NCBI GenBank assembly: GCA_048886685.1
Contig: JBHLKM010000004.1
Location: 207,989-267,548 of the forward strand
Reading direction: 5' to 3'
Source: Candidatus Hodarchaeota archaeon
Lineage (GTDB): Archaea; Asgardarchaeota; Lokiarchaeia; Sigyniarchaeales; SOKP01
DNA: 59,560 bases
A model generated the notes under the pieces. That model had not been told where the DNA came from. It saw only the letters and a program-made list of their open reading frames with translations, and searched no databases. The translations under genes and the position numbers were made by a program. How positions within the stretch are numbered: the stretch's first letter is position 1; each line of letters opens with the position of its first letter. Shown piece by piece: positions 39,922-50,146 of the stretch.

Positions 39922-41307
39922 ATGTCGGCTGAAATATTAAGAAATGATGAAGTAGAATATGAAACCGAAACTTCAAGACGTAATGTATTCTTTTGGGCTA
40001 TGTATGACTTAGCGAACACGATTTACTCTATGGTAATAGTGAGTTTAATTATCGGTAAATATGTGCTGGTTATTGGGCAATTAGAGCATAATATGTCTTA
40101 TGGTACTGCTAGTTTTCTTTTTGGTGTAGTTAGTACAATAATGCAAGTTGGAGTAGCTATTTGTGTTCCTATTTTAGGAGCGTTGAGTGACAATGTAGGA
40201 AAACGAAAACCCTTTGTTATAAGCTTGACTGGTATTATACTTCTTTTTGCTAGTTTGCTTGGTTTCTTTCATGATATAACAACTGTCTTAGTTTTATATG
40301 TAATTGCGAATGTTGCTTATCAATTTAGTCTTACTTTCTATGATGCAATGCTCCCCTTTATTGCAAAGCGAGAAGATATTGGAAAAGTGGCTGGATTTGG
40401 GGTTGCTTGGGGTTATCTGGGGACGATTCTCTCTCTCGTGGTTATGATTCCTTTTATATTTATATTAGGCGATTTAGTATCGAGTCCACCTGTAGAGATA
40501 GACGATCCGCCGATAGATTATGGTTTTGCAGGAGCTTGGGTTTCATTCGCTTTACCTATGTATCTGTTTTTACTTTGTGCGATCCCATTTGTTTATGTTC
40601 GTGAAAAACAGAAAACAAGCAAGAGACCACCTATAGGCAAGTTAATCAAAAGTACTTTCAAACAGTTAAGTAGTACATTTAAAGATATTAGAAAACATAG
40701 ATCAATGTTTATCTTTATTATAGGTTATTTCTTTGTTGCTGATATTGCTAATGTTATAGTACTTTATATGACACTAATAGTTACCGATGGTCTAATTATC
40801 GCAGAGGGATCAACTTTTATTGCTATCCTTTTTATAATACTTTCTACAATGTCAGCAGTTGCTTTTACATATTTTGTAGGAAAATTTGGTGAAAAGTACG
40901 GAGCTAAAAATACATTTTTCCTTGTCGGTGCTTTATGGGGTATTGCATTAATAATTGGTATTCTCTTAGTATTTATAACACCATACATCGATGTTGGCTT
41001 AAATTTGCCCTTCCTCCTTAGTATTATCATGGGGATGGTAGCAGGTCCAGCTCTCGGAGGAACATGGACAGCACAACGTATCATGGTAGTAGAACTTGCT
41101 CCTATAGAAAAATTCGGAGAATTTTTTGGTTTTTCCAAGTTAAGTGGGAAATTTTCTTCAGCATTAGGTCCGTTTGTATGGGGTACTATTATGTTATCTT
41201 ATGATATAATAGGTAAAGCAGCATATGGTTGGGCGATGATATCTGTTGGGATTATAATGGCAATTGGGTTATTCATTATCTCGTTCGTTAAAACAAGCCA
41301 ATCTTAA
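39922..41307 (+). CDS. MFS transporter (UMF1/Atg22-like)
   Basis: WAMYDLAN, GALSD..GKRK, FYDAML, EFFGF..GK; about 12 TMs. Confidence 0.9.
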   Translation: MSAEILRNDEVEYETETSRRNVFFWAMYDLANTIYSMVIVSLIIGKYVLVIGQLEHNMSYGTASFLFGVVSTIMQVGVAICVPILGALSDNVGKRKPFVISLTGIILLFASLLGFFHDITTVLVLYVIANVAYQFSLTFYDAMLPFIAKREDIGKVAGFGVAWGYLGTILSLVVMIPFIFILGDLVSSPPVEIDDPPIDYGFAGAWVSFALPMYLFLLCAIPFVYVREKQKTSKRPPIGKLIKSTFKQLSSTFKDIRKHRSMFIFIIGYFFVADIANVIVLYMTLIVTDGLIIAEGSTFIAILFIILSTMSAVAFTYFVGKFGEKYGAKNTFFLVGALWGIALIIGILLVFITPYIDVGLNLPFLLSIIMGMVAGPALGGTWTAQRIMVVELAPIEKFGEFFGFSKLSGKFSSALGPFVWGTIMLSYDIIGKAAYGWAMISVGIIMAIGLFIISFVKTSQS

Positions 41308-41452
41308 AATAAAGAATCTTCATTTTTCATTTTTTTTATGTTCCTTGATATATTTGGACAGTTTCGAGGTTTTTTAATAAGATTTTTAATCTATTTAGGA
41401 TTAAGAATCAAAATATTATAGATTTTAAACACATACTATAAGGAGATAATAT

Positions 41453-42637
41453 TTGGAGATTCGAAAATTAACTGAGAAAGATCGAGAAGCAAATAGAAAG
41501 TTAATGCGCTATGCTTTTGAGACTTCGAAGAATACATATGAAAATTTAGAATCTCCTATCCAATTACCCATGAATTGGAGTTATGGAGCTTTTGATGAAG
41601 AAAAATTAGTAGCTACTGCTAGTTATATCCCATTTCAAATCAGAATGCGTTCTAACGATTTTAGGATGAGTGGAGTTGCTGGAGTTGCCACTAAACCAGA
41701 ATATCGTAATCGTGGTATTATCAGAGATATAATGGTAAAAATGTTTAAAGATATGCATGATAATAAAGTCCCCATATCAGTACTATATCCATTTAAGATT
41801 TCATTTTATGAAATGTTGGGATACAAGGTTGTTGATGAATGCATTGATTATCATTTTAAAATCTCGGACATTTTATACAAAGAAACGGATTATCACATGA
41901 TAGAAGTTGATGAAATAAATGATGATATCAGAGAAGTTTATGATAAAGCGATTCTAAATTTTGATTATATTGCAAAAAGACCTATGATAGATTATTGGCA
42001 AAGTCTCTATAAAGGGAACTATAAATTTATTTGTTATAACGGTAATCAGCCTGTAGGTTATATAATAATAACGTTTCTTAAAAAAAATGAACATTGGATT
42101 GAATACCCAGAGAGAACAATATTCATTCGAGAAGTTTTCTGGCTTGATCAAAATGCAAAGCAAACATTATTTAACTTTTTATGGAACCATCGTGATCAAC
42201 GAGAATACATTTTGGGAGCTTTTCCAATAAAAGAAAATATTATAGATTTACTTAGAACACCTAGAATTCAATTGAGAAGTATAAGAGCAAACTCTCTTCT
42301 AAGAATAATATATGTAAAAGCAGTCCTTGAGAATTTAGAATATCCTATTTCAGATTTTTCTATTTCATTTCATATAGACGATGAATTCTGCCCTTGGAAT
42401 GATGGATTTTTCTCACTAACCTCAAAAGAAAAAGAAATTACCGTGGATTTTAATGACGTATCTAAAAATTCTGTCGATATTGAGATAGATATTGGACATT
42501 TTGCGCAATTAGTAGCAGGATTTAGAACAGTAGGGGATCTTTTAGAATTTGGCTTTATTACAGTCAATCATGAAAAGTTGGAGCTTTTAGAAAAACTTTT
42601 TCCAAAAACTAATAATTATCTCCATGACTTTTTCTAA
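41453..42637 (+). CDS. Eis-family GNAT acetyltransferase with SCP2-like C-terminus
   Basis: GVAGVATKPEYRNRG, LYPF..FYEMLGY, DEFCPWNDG, terminal DFF. Confidence 0.92.
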   Translation: MEIRKLTEKDREANRKLMRYAFETSKNTYENLESPIQLPMNWSYGAFDEEKLVATASYIPFQIRMRSNDFRMSGVAGVATKPEYRNRGIIRDIMVKMFKDMHDNKVPISVLYPFKISFYEMLGYKVVDECIDYHFKISDILYKETDYHMIEVDEINDDIREVYDKAILNFDYIAKRPMIDYWQSLYKGNYKFICYNGNQPVGYIIITFLKKNEHWIEYPERTIFIREVFWLDQNAKQTLFNFLWNHRDQREYILGAFPIKENIIDLLRTPRIQLRSIRANSLLRIIYVKAVLENLEYPISDFSISFHIDDEFCPWNDGFFSLTSKEKEITVDFNDVSKNSVDIEIDIGHFAQLVAGFRTVGDLLEFGFITVNHEKLELLEKLFPKTNNYLHDFF

Positions 42638-42829
42638 GCTTCATTTTTAGGTTGTTTACCCCATTTCTTACCAATATTATTATTTTTTTTAATTCACTGG
42701 AAAATGCCGAAAAATCAATATTTTTTATTTAAAAACTTTTGGTTTTGTTTACCATTATATATAATCATTTCATTAATAGAATAATAATAAATATGATAAT
42801 ACAACCATTCAGTAAAAGAGATTTTCGTT

Positions 42830-43042
42830 ATGATCACTGAATATGTTATTAAAATTTATCAGGAAATTATTAATGAATTTGAAGAATATTTAGTTCCAGA
42901 TATCTCAGGTGCTGTAATGCCTTTCTCTGATACAAACAAATTTGAAGAATCTAAATATATTTACGAAGGGGATGAAGAAATTCCTTTCAATGAAAGACAT
43001 CCTGAATATCAACGGATTTTTAAAGAAGAATTTCTTGAATAG
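42830..43042 (+). CDS. Microprotein, paralogue 2
   Basis: PDIS..VMPFS..IYEGDEEIPFNE..EY..IFKEEF. Confidence 0.75.
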   Translation: MITEYVIKIYQEIINEFEEYLVPDISGAVMPFSDTNKFEESKYIYEGDEEIPFNERHPEYQRIFKEEFLE

Positions 43043-43166
43043 CAAACTAATCTTTAAAACTAGTAATTGATATTCATTAGGAGTTATTTTAGTGAAAAAA
43101 GCTGTTTCTTTATATATGTTGATGTAGACAAATCGTAAAAATGATTAAAAATTAATAGAAAAACAA

Positions 43167-43400
43167 GTGCTTGATACCGAACAGGAAATTGAGGAAGTTG
43201 AAAAATTTCCAGATATTTCACAGTTAATCATCCCTTTCTCCGTTGCGTTTAAAAGATTCACTCCTCTAGATATTTATAATGGAGAAGAATTAATCCCATT
43301 TGATGAAAAAGATTTAGAATTCAAGGAAATATTTATCCATGAGTTTTTAACAGAATCAAACAAATCTAAAAATGTTAACAAAATGAAATTAAAAATTTAA
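43167..43400 (+). CDS. Microprotein, paralogue 3
   Basis: PDIS..IIPFS..F..DIYNGEELIPFDEKD.EF..IF..EF; GTG start. Confidence 0.72.
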   Translation: MLDTEQEIEEVEKFPDISQLIIPFSVAFKRFTPLDIYNGEELIPFDEKDLEFKEIFIHEFLTESNKSKNVNKMKLKI

Positions 43401-43435
43401 CATGAAATTTCCTCTTTTATAAATATTTATTAAAC

Positions 43436-43753
43436 CTACCTTCTTTTCTCCATTGAAACTAAATCTGGCATAAGAAATACATTTAAACACATAGGACAAG
43501 AATTATATTTCAATAACCAAGCAGTAATGCAGGTAGAATGATACTGACTATCGCAATAAGGGCATTTAATTGTATTATTTCTCTTTAGACTGATATTTTC
43601 ATGACAGATTGTACATTTAGTTCTTATTTTTTGAGATTTATTAGATTTCTTTAACTTGTTTCCACAAAAACAGCAGTAATTTAACTGAGATACGTTCAAA
43701 TCTTGAATTTTCTTACCGCAATATGGGCAATAATTGAACTTTTGTATATCCAA
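43436..43753 (-). CDS. Zn-ribbon + C4HC3 RING-finger protein (putative E3 ligase)
   Basis: CPYCG/CCFCG ribbon, then CTIC-x13-CPYC-x4-H-x2-C-x3-W-x6-CPMC. Confidence 0.85.
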   Translation of the reverse strand: MDIQKFNYCPYCGKKIQDLNVSQLNYCCFCGNKLKKSNKSQKIRTKCTICHENISLKRNNTIKCPYCDSQYHSTCITAWLLKYNSCPMCLNVFLMPDLVSMEKRR

Positions 43754-43851
43754 TTTCTTAATATCTCCTTTAAAGTAATTTTATTCCTTTAATCAATATT
43801 TATTAAAAATCATAAAAGAAGTTTAATTAGTCCAATATTTGAAAAGAAATT

Positions 43852-44640
43852 TTATTGGAATTTCTCGATAAATTCTTTTAATGAGCTAATATACTCATCT
43901 TCGAAAGAAAAAATGTTATTATGCCCAGCACCCTCTATTAACACTAATTTCTTTTCAATTCCTTCAGGAATATTTTCATATATCAGCTTTCCTTGTTGAT
44001 GTGGAATAATCCAATCCAGAGTACCATGAATAACTAATACTGGTTTCTTAAATTTTCTAATTCGAGTATCATTTGAATATTTACTTAAAAACTCTGGAGT
44101 AATCTCTTGACCACTTATTCTAAATAATCTTGTCATCATATCATATATACTAGCAAATCCACTTTCAAAAATAACTCCACGTAGACTCTCAGGATTGTGT
44201 GAACCAATTTCAGAGGCACAAATACTTCCCAGTGAACGCCCTTGAATAAATATAGAATCTCTAAAACTATTTTCAATTATCCACTTGTTAAATGCCTTAT
44301 AGATTGGGAATGCATCTATTATTAAGCTTGTATAGAAAGGATCCCCTGAACTAAATCCATATCCACGAAAATCAACAACTGCTAAATTAACTCCACACCT
44401 AAAGAAAAAATCTATGAAATATTGATAATCTGCGGCAATTTCCCCATTTCCGTGGAATAAAAGAACTGTTGGTAAATTTACATCATTCAAATATAAAAAT
44501 CCTCCAATGAGGACATTTTTATCAATCTGGAACTTCAATATTTTAATGTTTGGATTGGTTTGCTTAGGGATCGGTGTTTTTCGAGGATAAAAAACGATAT
44601 TGGAAACCGTGGGATTATCTATTAACAATTTTTTTGCCAT
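43852..44640 (-). CDS. Alpha/beta hydrolase (ABHD13/BEM46-like)
   Basis: FHGNGE, DFRGYG, GRSLG, HGTLD, GAGHN; likely start MAKKLL at 44640. Confidence 0.9.
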   Translation of the reverse strand: MAKKLLIDNPTVSNIVFYPRKTPIPKQTNPNIKILKFQIDKNVLIGGFLYLNDVNLPTVLLFHGNGEIAADYQYFIDFFFRCGVNLAVVDFRGYGFSSGDPFYTSLIIDAFPIYKAFNKWIIENSFRDSIFIQGRSLGSICASEIGSHNPESLRGVIFESGFASIYDMMTRLFRISGQEITPEFLSKYSNDTRIRKFKKPVLVIHGTLDWIIPHQQGKLIYENIPEGIEKKLVLIEGAGHNNIFSFEDEYISSLKEFIEKFQ

Positions 44641-44799
44641 AGTATAACACCTTTTACCTAAACTTAAAAAATTTTCTTTAATGATAATGATTCTTATTCT
44701 CAATATATTTTTTAAAAAAATATAAAATTTAAATTGAATAAAAGATCTATCTATTTGCATTTTAATCCAATTAAAAACTAATTAAGGTGAATACAAAGT

Positions 44800-45111
44800 A
44801 TGGGAATAATGATGGTAACTACCTGGTATCCAATGCATAAATCAATGGATGTTGCAAAAAGATATCTAAAACAGCCTAGAGAGATCCCATTTGTTACAAA
44901 ATGGCGTGTATTCAATACCGCAGCAGGGAAAGATGGAATGAAACAATACCACATATTTTATACCGAAAGGGGAAAATTTGAAGAAGCAGGAGAAGGGATT
45001 TATAAATATTTTCTACCGTTTACCACTGAAATTGAAGGCTTTTATATTACAGTTGAAAATTTAATGGGAGTTTCAGATTCTTATAGAATGATAGGGCTGG
45101 AATGGAAGTAA
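44800..45111 (+). CDS. Small hypothetical protein (ferredoxin-like/Dabb fold possible)
   Basis: AGGTGA RBS, 103-aa ORF, T-tract downstream. Confidence 0.65.
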   Translation: MGIMMVTTWYPMHKSMDVAKRYLKQPREIPFVTKWRVFNTAAGKDGMKQYHIFYTERGKFEEAGEGIYKYFLPFTTEIEGFYITVENLMGVSDSYRMIGLEWK

Positions 45112-45160
45112 ATTTAATAATACAAATCTTTTTTTTTCTTTATAATAATCTCGGAATAAA

Positions 45161-45721
45161 TTAGATAATTTGTTGTCTGTTGATTTTTCCAAATTTCTTG
45201 TAATATATCAATAAAATAGTAATCATACCGAATAATACCATAACAAATAAAGTAAATGAAAACTCTATAGTAGGTTGTCCTTTTCCGTCATTTCCAGTCC
45301 AAACAGGATATCCTGCATTAATCCAATCCGTTATTCCGCCATCCATATTATAAATATTTGTAAAATTATGATTATCGACAAGATTCGCGCTTGCGACTGC
45401 ACTTCTACCTCCCGTTCTACAATAAACAAGTATCCCTGTATCATTATAAGGTATAAGTTCGGTATATCTTGTATCAATATCACCAAGAGGGATCAAAATT
45501 GCGTTATATAAATGACTCTCATCATATTCATACTGTTCTCTAACATCAAGTATAAGCAAGTTTGGATAATGTGTATTATTGTTTATCATTTCATAAGCTG
45601 TGTGTACAGAAACATTGGTATATGTTTGAGCGTTCACAGTCTTTATGGGTATGAAAAAAAGAGTAGGGAATAAAAGCGCGAGACATACAAGAATTAAAAT
45701 GTTCCTAAGATTTAACTTCAA
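45161..45721 (-). CDS. Exported rhodanese-domain protein with C-terminal membrane anchor
   Basis: Signal peptide, LDVRE..EY..SH, YCRTGGRS, GGITDW..AGYP, C-terminal TM followed by KK. Confidence 0.88.
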   Translation of the reverse strand: MKLNLRNILILVCLALLFPTLFFIPIKTVNAQTYTNVSVHTAYEMINNNTHYPNLLILDVREQYEYDESHLYNAILIPLGDIDTRYTELIPYNDTGILVYCRTGGRSAVASANLVDNHNFTNIYNMDGGITDWINAGYPVWTGNDGKGQPTIEFSFTLFVMVLFGMITILLIYYKKFGKINRQQII

Positions 45722-45832
45722 TTTTAATAGACCTATTTAAATTAAGTTTTTTAAGTAGAAAATCGTAAAAATTGAATTTCAATTTCACCATTAATTTTTA
45801 TAATATTTATATTGATTCTCGTGATAGAATAG

Positions 45833-46579
45833 TTATTGTGCTTTTCCTTGATCTGCTACGGCTTTAATAGCTTCTTCTAGTTTTTCGGCGTCCCCAAGAT
45901 AATAGTGATTAATCGGTTTCATCTTCTCATCCAAATCATATATTAAAGGGATTCCTGTAGGGATATTCAATTTTACTATTTCTTCCTCTGGAACATCGTC
46001 AAGGTATTTAACAAGAGCTCTTAGGCTATTTCCATGAGCAGAAATCAAAACTCTTTTTCCTGATTTAATAACTGGAACGATTATTTCATGCCAATATGGT
46101 AAAACTCTTTCTACAGTGTCTTTGAGACACTCAGTCAAAGGAATTTCTTCTGCTTTTAATTCTTTATACTTTCTCTCATTTCCTGGATATCTTGGATCAC
46201 TTGTTTTTAGCGCGGGTGGTGGTATATCATAACTTCTCCTCCATATAAGTATTTGTTCTTCCCCAACTTCTGCTGCCATCTTAGATTTATAAAATCCTTG
46301 TAGGGCACCATAATGTCTTTCATTTAATCTCCATGAACGATGAACAGGAAGCCACATTAAATCCATCTCATCCAGCACAATCCATAGAGTTCTTATTCCT
46401 CTTTTTAATACGGAAGTAAAAGCAATATCAAAAGTATAACCTTCTGCCTTTAGTAATCTTGCAGCTTCCTTTGCTTCTTTAACTCCTTTTTCTGATAGAT
46501 CTACATCAGTCCAACCTGTGAAACGGTTTTCCTTATTCCAAGTACTCTCTCCATGCCTTAAAAGAACTAGTTTATATAT
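45833..46579 (-). CDS. gpmA: 2,3-bisphosphoglycerate-dependent phosphoglycerate mutase, apparent ATA start
   Basis: Frame continues upstream of the ORF-track start: (I)[48 protein letters not shown]; 248 aa. Confidence 0.93.
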   Translation of the reverse strand: MYKLVLLRHGESTWNKENRFTGWTDVDLSEKGVKEAKEAARLLKAEGYTFDIAFTSVLKRGIRTLWIVLDEMDLMWLPVHRSWRLNERHYGALQGFYKSKMAAEVGEEQILIWRRSYDIPPPALKTSDPRYPGNERKYKELKAEEIPLTECLKDTVERVLPYWHEIIVPVIKSGKRVLISAHGNSLRALVKYLDDVPEEEIVKLNIPTGIPLIYDLDEKMKPINHYYLGDAEKLEEAIKAVADQGKAQ

Positions 46580-46666
46580 CTTACCTCACGATCTCAATAA
46601 TATTATATTCGCATTATTTGAATATTTTAAAGCTTAATATATATCTCTTTACTTTTTAAATGAAGT

Positions 46667-46704
46667 AAAAGAGAAAGAAAAAGTTGGATGGAAAAAATAC
46701 ATCC
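46667..46704 (-). terminator. Possible hairpin plus T-tract terminator of the 46732-47088 gene
   Basis: Minus strand GGATG-tattttttc-CATCC followed by a T-rich tract. Confidence 0.35.
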
Positions 46705-46731
46705 TAAAGATTATTTGTGTTTTTAAATCAA

Positions 46732-47088
46732 TTATTCCATCTTAAAATCCTTAATTAAATCCACTTTTTTATTTACGTCAATAGTAATAGCAATAAGCTT
46801 AGGATCCTCATCATCTTCATCCTCAGGATCGAACGTGACAAAATAAAATCGCTTCTCTTCAATTTCAAATCCAACTTCCATCTCACCACAATCATCAGGT
46901 AATATTTTTTTAATCTCAACTGATGCATTATCTTTTAGAATTTCGTATATAGAATCTTCAGATTCCTTTTGTTTAGCTCTTATTTCTTTAATTTTAGCGA
47001 AATCAAATTCACCGAGGAATTTCTGAGCGTTGGTATTTAATTCATTCCATTCTTGAAATAAATTTTCTAGACTAGGTTTTGAAGTCAT
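46732..47088 (-). CDS. Acidic hypothetical protein
   Basis: 118-aa ORF with normal composition and no recognised motif. Confidence 0.65.
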   Translation of the reverse strand: MTSKPSLENLFQEWNELNTNAQKFLGEFDFAKIKEIRAKQKESEDSIYEILKDNASVEIKKILPDDCGEMEVGFEIEEKRFYFVTFDPEDEDDEDPKLIAITIDVNKKVDLIKDFKME

Positions 47089-47186
47089 AAGAAATCATTG
47101 AATTTGAACAAAATAAAACTTCTTATTATTATGGAAATAATTATTATTTGAGAATCTAACATTAAAATATATTATTTCTCAAGAAT

Positions 47187-47774
47187 ATGGGTGATATAAT
47201 GGAGCTAAATCTACCTAAACCAATACTGAAGGGAAGTAAAAGTGTTGAAGAATGCATTTTCGAGCGTGAAAGTGTTAGAAGTTATAAAGATAAGGTAATT
47301 GAAATTGAGAAAATTTCGCAGATCTTATGGGCTACTCAAGGGAAGAAAGGTTATAAAAGAACTGTACCTTCTGCTGGAGCAACTTATCCACTAGAAATTT
47401 ATGTTAATCTAAAAGATAAGGGTTATTTTCATTACAATTTTGAAAAACATGTTTTAGAACTAATTACCGATGAGGATATAAGTTACAAACTAGCATCAGC
47501 TTCCTGGAATCAACAGTTTATTTCTGAAGCATATCTTAATGTTATTATATGTGCAATTTTTACTAGAACTACCCAACGGTATGGGGAGAGGGGTATAAGA
47601 TATGTTTTTATCGAAGTAGGCCATTGTGCTCAAAATATACATCTTGAAGCTGTATCCCTCGGATTAGCTTCAGTACCTATTGGAGCTTATGAAGATAATA
47701 AAGTTAAAGCTATTTTAGAGCTTCCTAAAAATATTGAACCACTCTATATCATTCCAGTAGGATATCCTAAGTAA
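47187..47774 (+). CDS. SagB/ThcOx-family nitroreductase
   Basis: RESVRSY, RTVPSAGATYPLE, EVGHCAQN, IGAYED; start may be ATG 47199. Confidence 0.92.
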   Translation: MGDIMELNLPKPILKGSKSVEECIFERESVRSYKDKVIEIEKISQILWATQGKKGYKRTVPSAGATYPLEIYVNLKDKGYFHYNFEKHVLELITDEDISYKLASASWNQQFISEAYLNVIICAIFTRTTQRYGERGIRYVFIEVGHCAQNIHLEAVSLGLASVPIGAYEDNKVKAILELPKNIEPLYIIPVGYPK

Positions 47775-47784
47775 AATTAACAAT

Positions 47785-48333
47785 TTAATGAAATCGTTGA
47801 ACTTTATACTCCTTATTGTCAATAGAAAAGAACATTGCTTTGGGAACGATGCTTTTGTGTTTTAATTGTCCCATATATTTCATTCCTATTCTTTCTGCAA
47901 CTTTCCAAATACGCGTGTTATTTGGATGTACAAAAATCACAATTTTAAGAATTTTTAGATCGTTAAACGAAAACTCTAATAGTTTTAGCATAGACTCTAT
48001 TGCATATCCATTTTTTCTATAAGTAGGCAATAGAGCATAAAAACACTCGATTGCTTCCATATCTTTTAAAGGTTTTAATCCACAGGTGCCCACAAATGCC
48101 TCATTTTCCTTGTTGCAAATAGCCCAAGCAAGAATAGGCTGGGGAGAACTATAAGAATTAATAATTGAAAAAAAAATAGATTGTTCCTCTTTCAATATTT
48201 GTTGATTTTCTGTTAAATAATGATTTTTAGAAATAGAATCATCATTTAATAATAGGGAAAAAGCTTCAAAGTCGGAATCAATGTAAGGTCTAAGGACAAG
48301 TCTTCTTGTCTCTAACCTCTCAGGAGCTTTCAT
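47785..48333 (-). CDS. RimJ/RimL-type GNAT acetyltransferase
   Basis: LETRRLVLRP, YRKNGYA, N..VAERIGM. Confidence 0.88.
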   Translation of the reverse strand: MKAPERLETRRLVLRPYIDSDFEAFSLLLNDDSISKNHYLTENQQILKEEQSIFFSIINSYSSPQPILAWAICNKENEAFVGTCGLKPLKDMEAIECFYALLPTYRKNGYAIESMLKLLEFSFNDLKILKIVIFVHPNNTRIWKVAERIGMKYMGQLKHKSIVPKAMFFSIDNKEYKVQRFH

Positions 48334-48379
48334 ATTATTGAGAAAAATTCAAATTGTATCAAGAAATATTATTCTTTAT

Positions 48380-49198
48380 ATGTTACCTACTGATGATAGA
48401 ATTAAATCAAAAGTAAATAATATTATTGTAAGTAATTTAATAATTCTTTTAATTTTTCTAGTTTGGTTTTCCTATTCGACATTCCCTATTATTTTTAATT
48501 TAATTCTTTTTAGTTCATCAATTTTATTTATAGGTTTGTTTTTATTAATCATTAAATTCAAAATAGGTAAGGAAATTGAAATAATATCTTCTTATGGGTT
48601 GTTAGTTTTTGTATTAATGTTTTTTCTTCTAAATTCCATACTTTCTCTTATCTCGAACTTCAGACCTTTCCTTTTTTCTTTTTACAATTTATTAGGATTA
48701 AAACATAAATTTAGTGCTCCTGTGTTTTTGATTTTATTATTACTTGTTTTTACAAAGTTATTCAGTATTTTTCTCTATTTCATGAAAAATCCAAGAATTC
48801 TTGAATTAGGAAAAGGGGATGAGATTTTCCAATATTTCACTAATAATCTTAGCAATAATAAGAAATTGCTTATCCCAATATTATTCCCATTAAGTGCACT
48901 AATCGAAGAATTAATCTACCGAAGCTTAATTTTGAGTTTTTTGATTTATTATTTGAATGTAAGTTCAATTTTTGGAATAATTTTTGCATCCCTTATTTTT
49001 GGAATAGTACACTTGTCTGCTTCAAAAAATTGGGGGCATGTAATTTCAACACTATTATCTTCTATAATATACTTTATCGCCTTAATTCAACTAGGAATTT
49101 TATACTCATGGGGATTTCATTTAACTACAAACATCTTTGTATTACTGTTTTATTATCTAACAAGAAGGAAAAAAGAGCGCTTGCTATTTGACTCCTAA
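48380..49198 (+). CDS. CPBP/Abi (type II CAAX) intramembrane protease
   Basis: EELIYR, FGIVH, H..TN; multiple TMs. Confidence 0.85.
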   Translation: MLPTDDRIKSKVNNIIVSNLIILLIFLVWFSYSTFPIIFNLILFSSSILFIGLFLLIIKFKIGKEIEIISSYGLLVFVLMFFLLNSILSLISNFRPFLFSFYNLLGLKHKFSAPVFLILLLLVFTKLFSIFLYFMKNPRILELGKGDEIFQYFTNNLSNNKKLLIPILFPLSALIEELIYRSLILSFLIYYLNVSSIFGIIFASLIFGIVHLSASKNWGHVISTLLSSIIYFIALIQLGILYSWGFHLTTNIFVLLFYYLTRRKKERLLFDS

Positions 49199-50010
49199 AT
49201 TTTTGAAAAGCCGCCGTGATGGAACTCGATTTCATAATTAAGTTTCCTTTTTTCACAATAATCTCTAATTAAACCTTCAACTACATCCCAGTACCCACGA
49301 TCTTTTTGGATATCTTTATATTTCTTAATCAAATTAGGATAATGTTCTTTTATTATTCTCATTATTCTTGGGATGTTATGAGGTCTAAAGTTTAAGTTTT
49401 CAAAATTATAATTATTAGAATAGTCAACTGATTGTTCTATAATTGCCTTAAAATCAGTTATTTCTGGAAAAAATGGTGAAACAAATACGTACGTTAGGAT
49501 ATCTGCTTCAGAAATCTTCCTTACCGCTTCCAATCGTTCCAATGGATTTGAAGCTGCTCTTTCAATTATTTTCGCAAATTTCTCATTCAACGTGCTTATT
49601 GATATACCCACTTTGATGTTTTCAAATTTTTTAAATAAATCGATATCCCTTGTAACCAATTTCGACTTTGTGAGAATAGAGATTTCAGCACCTGTTCCCA
49701 CAAGTTTCTCCAATATTTTTCGGGTATTTTGATATTTCTTTTCTAAGGGTAAATATGGATCTGTTACCGAACTAAGTAAAATTTTCTTTCCATCATATCT
49801 ATCAGGTTTTATTTTTGTTAAATCGAATGTTTTAATATCTATGAACTGACCCCATTTATCTCCCTTGTGTCCAGTGAATCTAATCATGAATTCAGCATAA
49901 CAATAAATACAGCCATGTTGGCACCCAGTATAGGGATTTATAACATAATCTATTGATGGAATATTACTCTTTGTTATAATACTTTTAGTTTCTCGGAAAT
50001 TGATTTTCAT
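49195..50010 (-). CDS. Radical SAM protein (SplB-like/Rv2578c family)
   Basis: NPYTGCQHGCIYCYA, SSVTDPY, LTKS. Confidence 0.9.
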   Translation of the reverse strand: MKINFRETKSIITKSNIPSIDYVINPYTGCQHGCIYCYAEFMIRFTGHKGDKWGQFIDIKTFDLTKIKPDRYDGKKILLSSVTDPYLPLEKKYQNTRKILEKLVGTGAEISILTKSKLVTRDIDLFKKFENIKVGISISTLNEKFAKIIERAASNPLERLEAVRKISEADILTYVFVSPFFPEITDFKAIIEQSVDYSNNYNFENLNFRPHNIPRIMRIIKEHYPNLIKKYKDIQKDRGYWDVVEGLIRDYCEKRKLNYEIEFHHGGFSKI

Positions 50011-50146
50011 TCTTCTTAATAGAATATTTAGTTGATTATAAAATTAACCCACTCAAAGCAAACTCTTAAGATAATCTAAATTAGAAATAAAAAAAAATTA
50101 ATACTGAATTAAAGATTATTTTTCTTAAAAAGAAAATTTTAGCTAA

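Noticed and set aside
39922-41307. Atg22 as an autophagy signature
   Set aside because: UMF1-type MFS transporters are widespread in prokaryotes.
42793-42840. Tiny upstream ORF MIIQPFSKRDFRYDH echoing the IPFS motif
   Set aside because: Too short to distinguish from chance and out of frame with the downstream gene.
32629-46579. Functional link between the UAU tRNA-like relic and the ATA start of gpmA
   Set aside because: The element has broken stems and lacks initiator-tRNA features; no evidence connects them.
47187-50010. RiPP cluster (SagB-like + GNAT + CAAX protease + radical SAM)
   Set aside because: Genes alternate in orientation, there is no YcaO or precursor peptide, and each family is common stand-alone in archaea.
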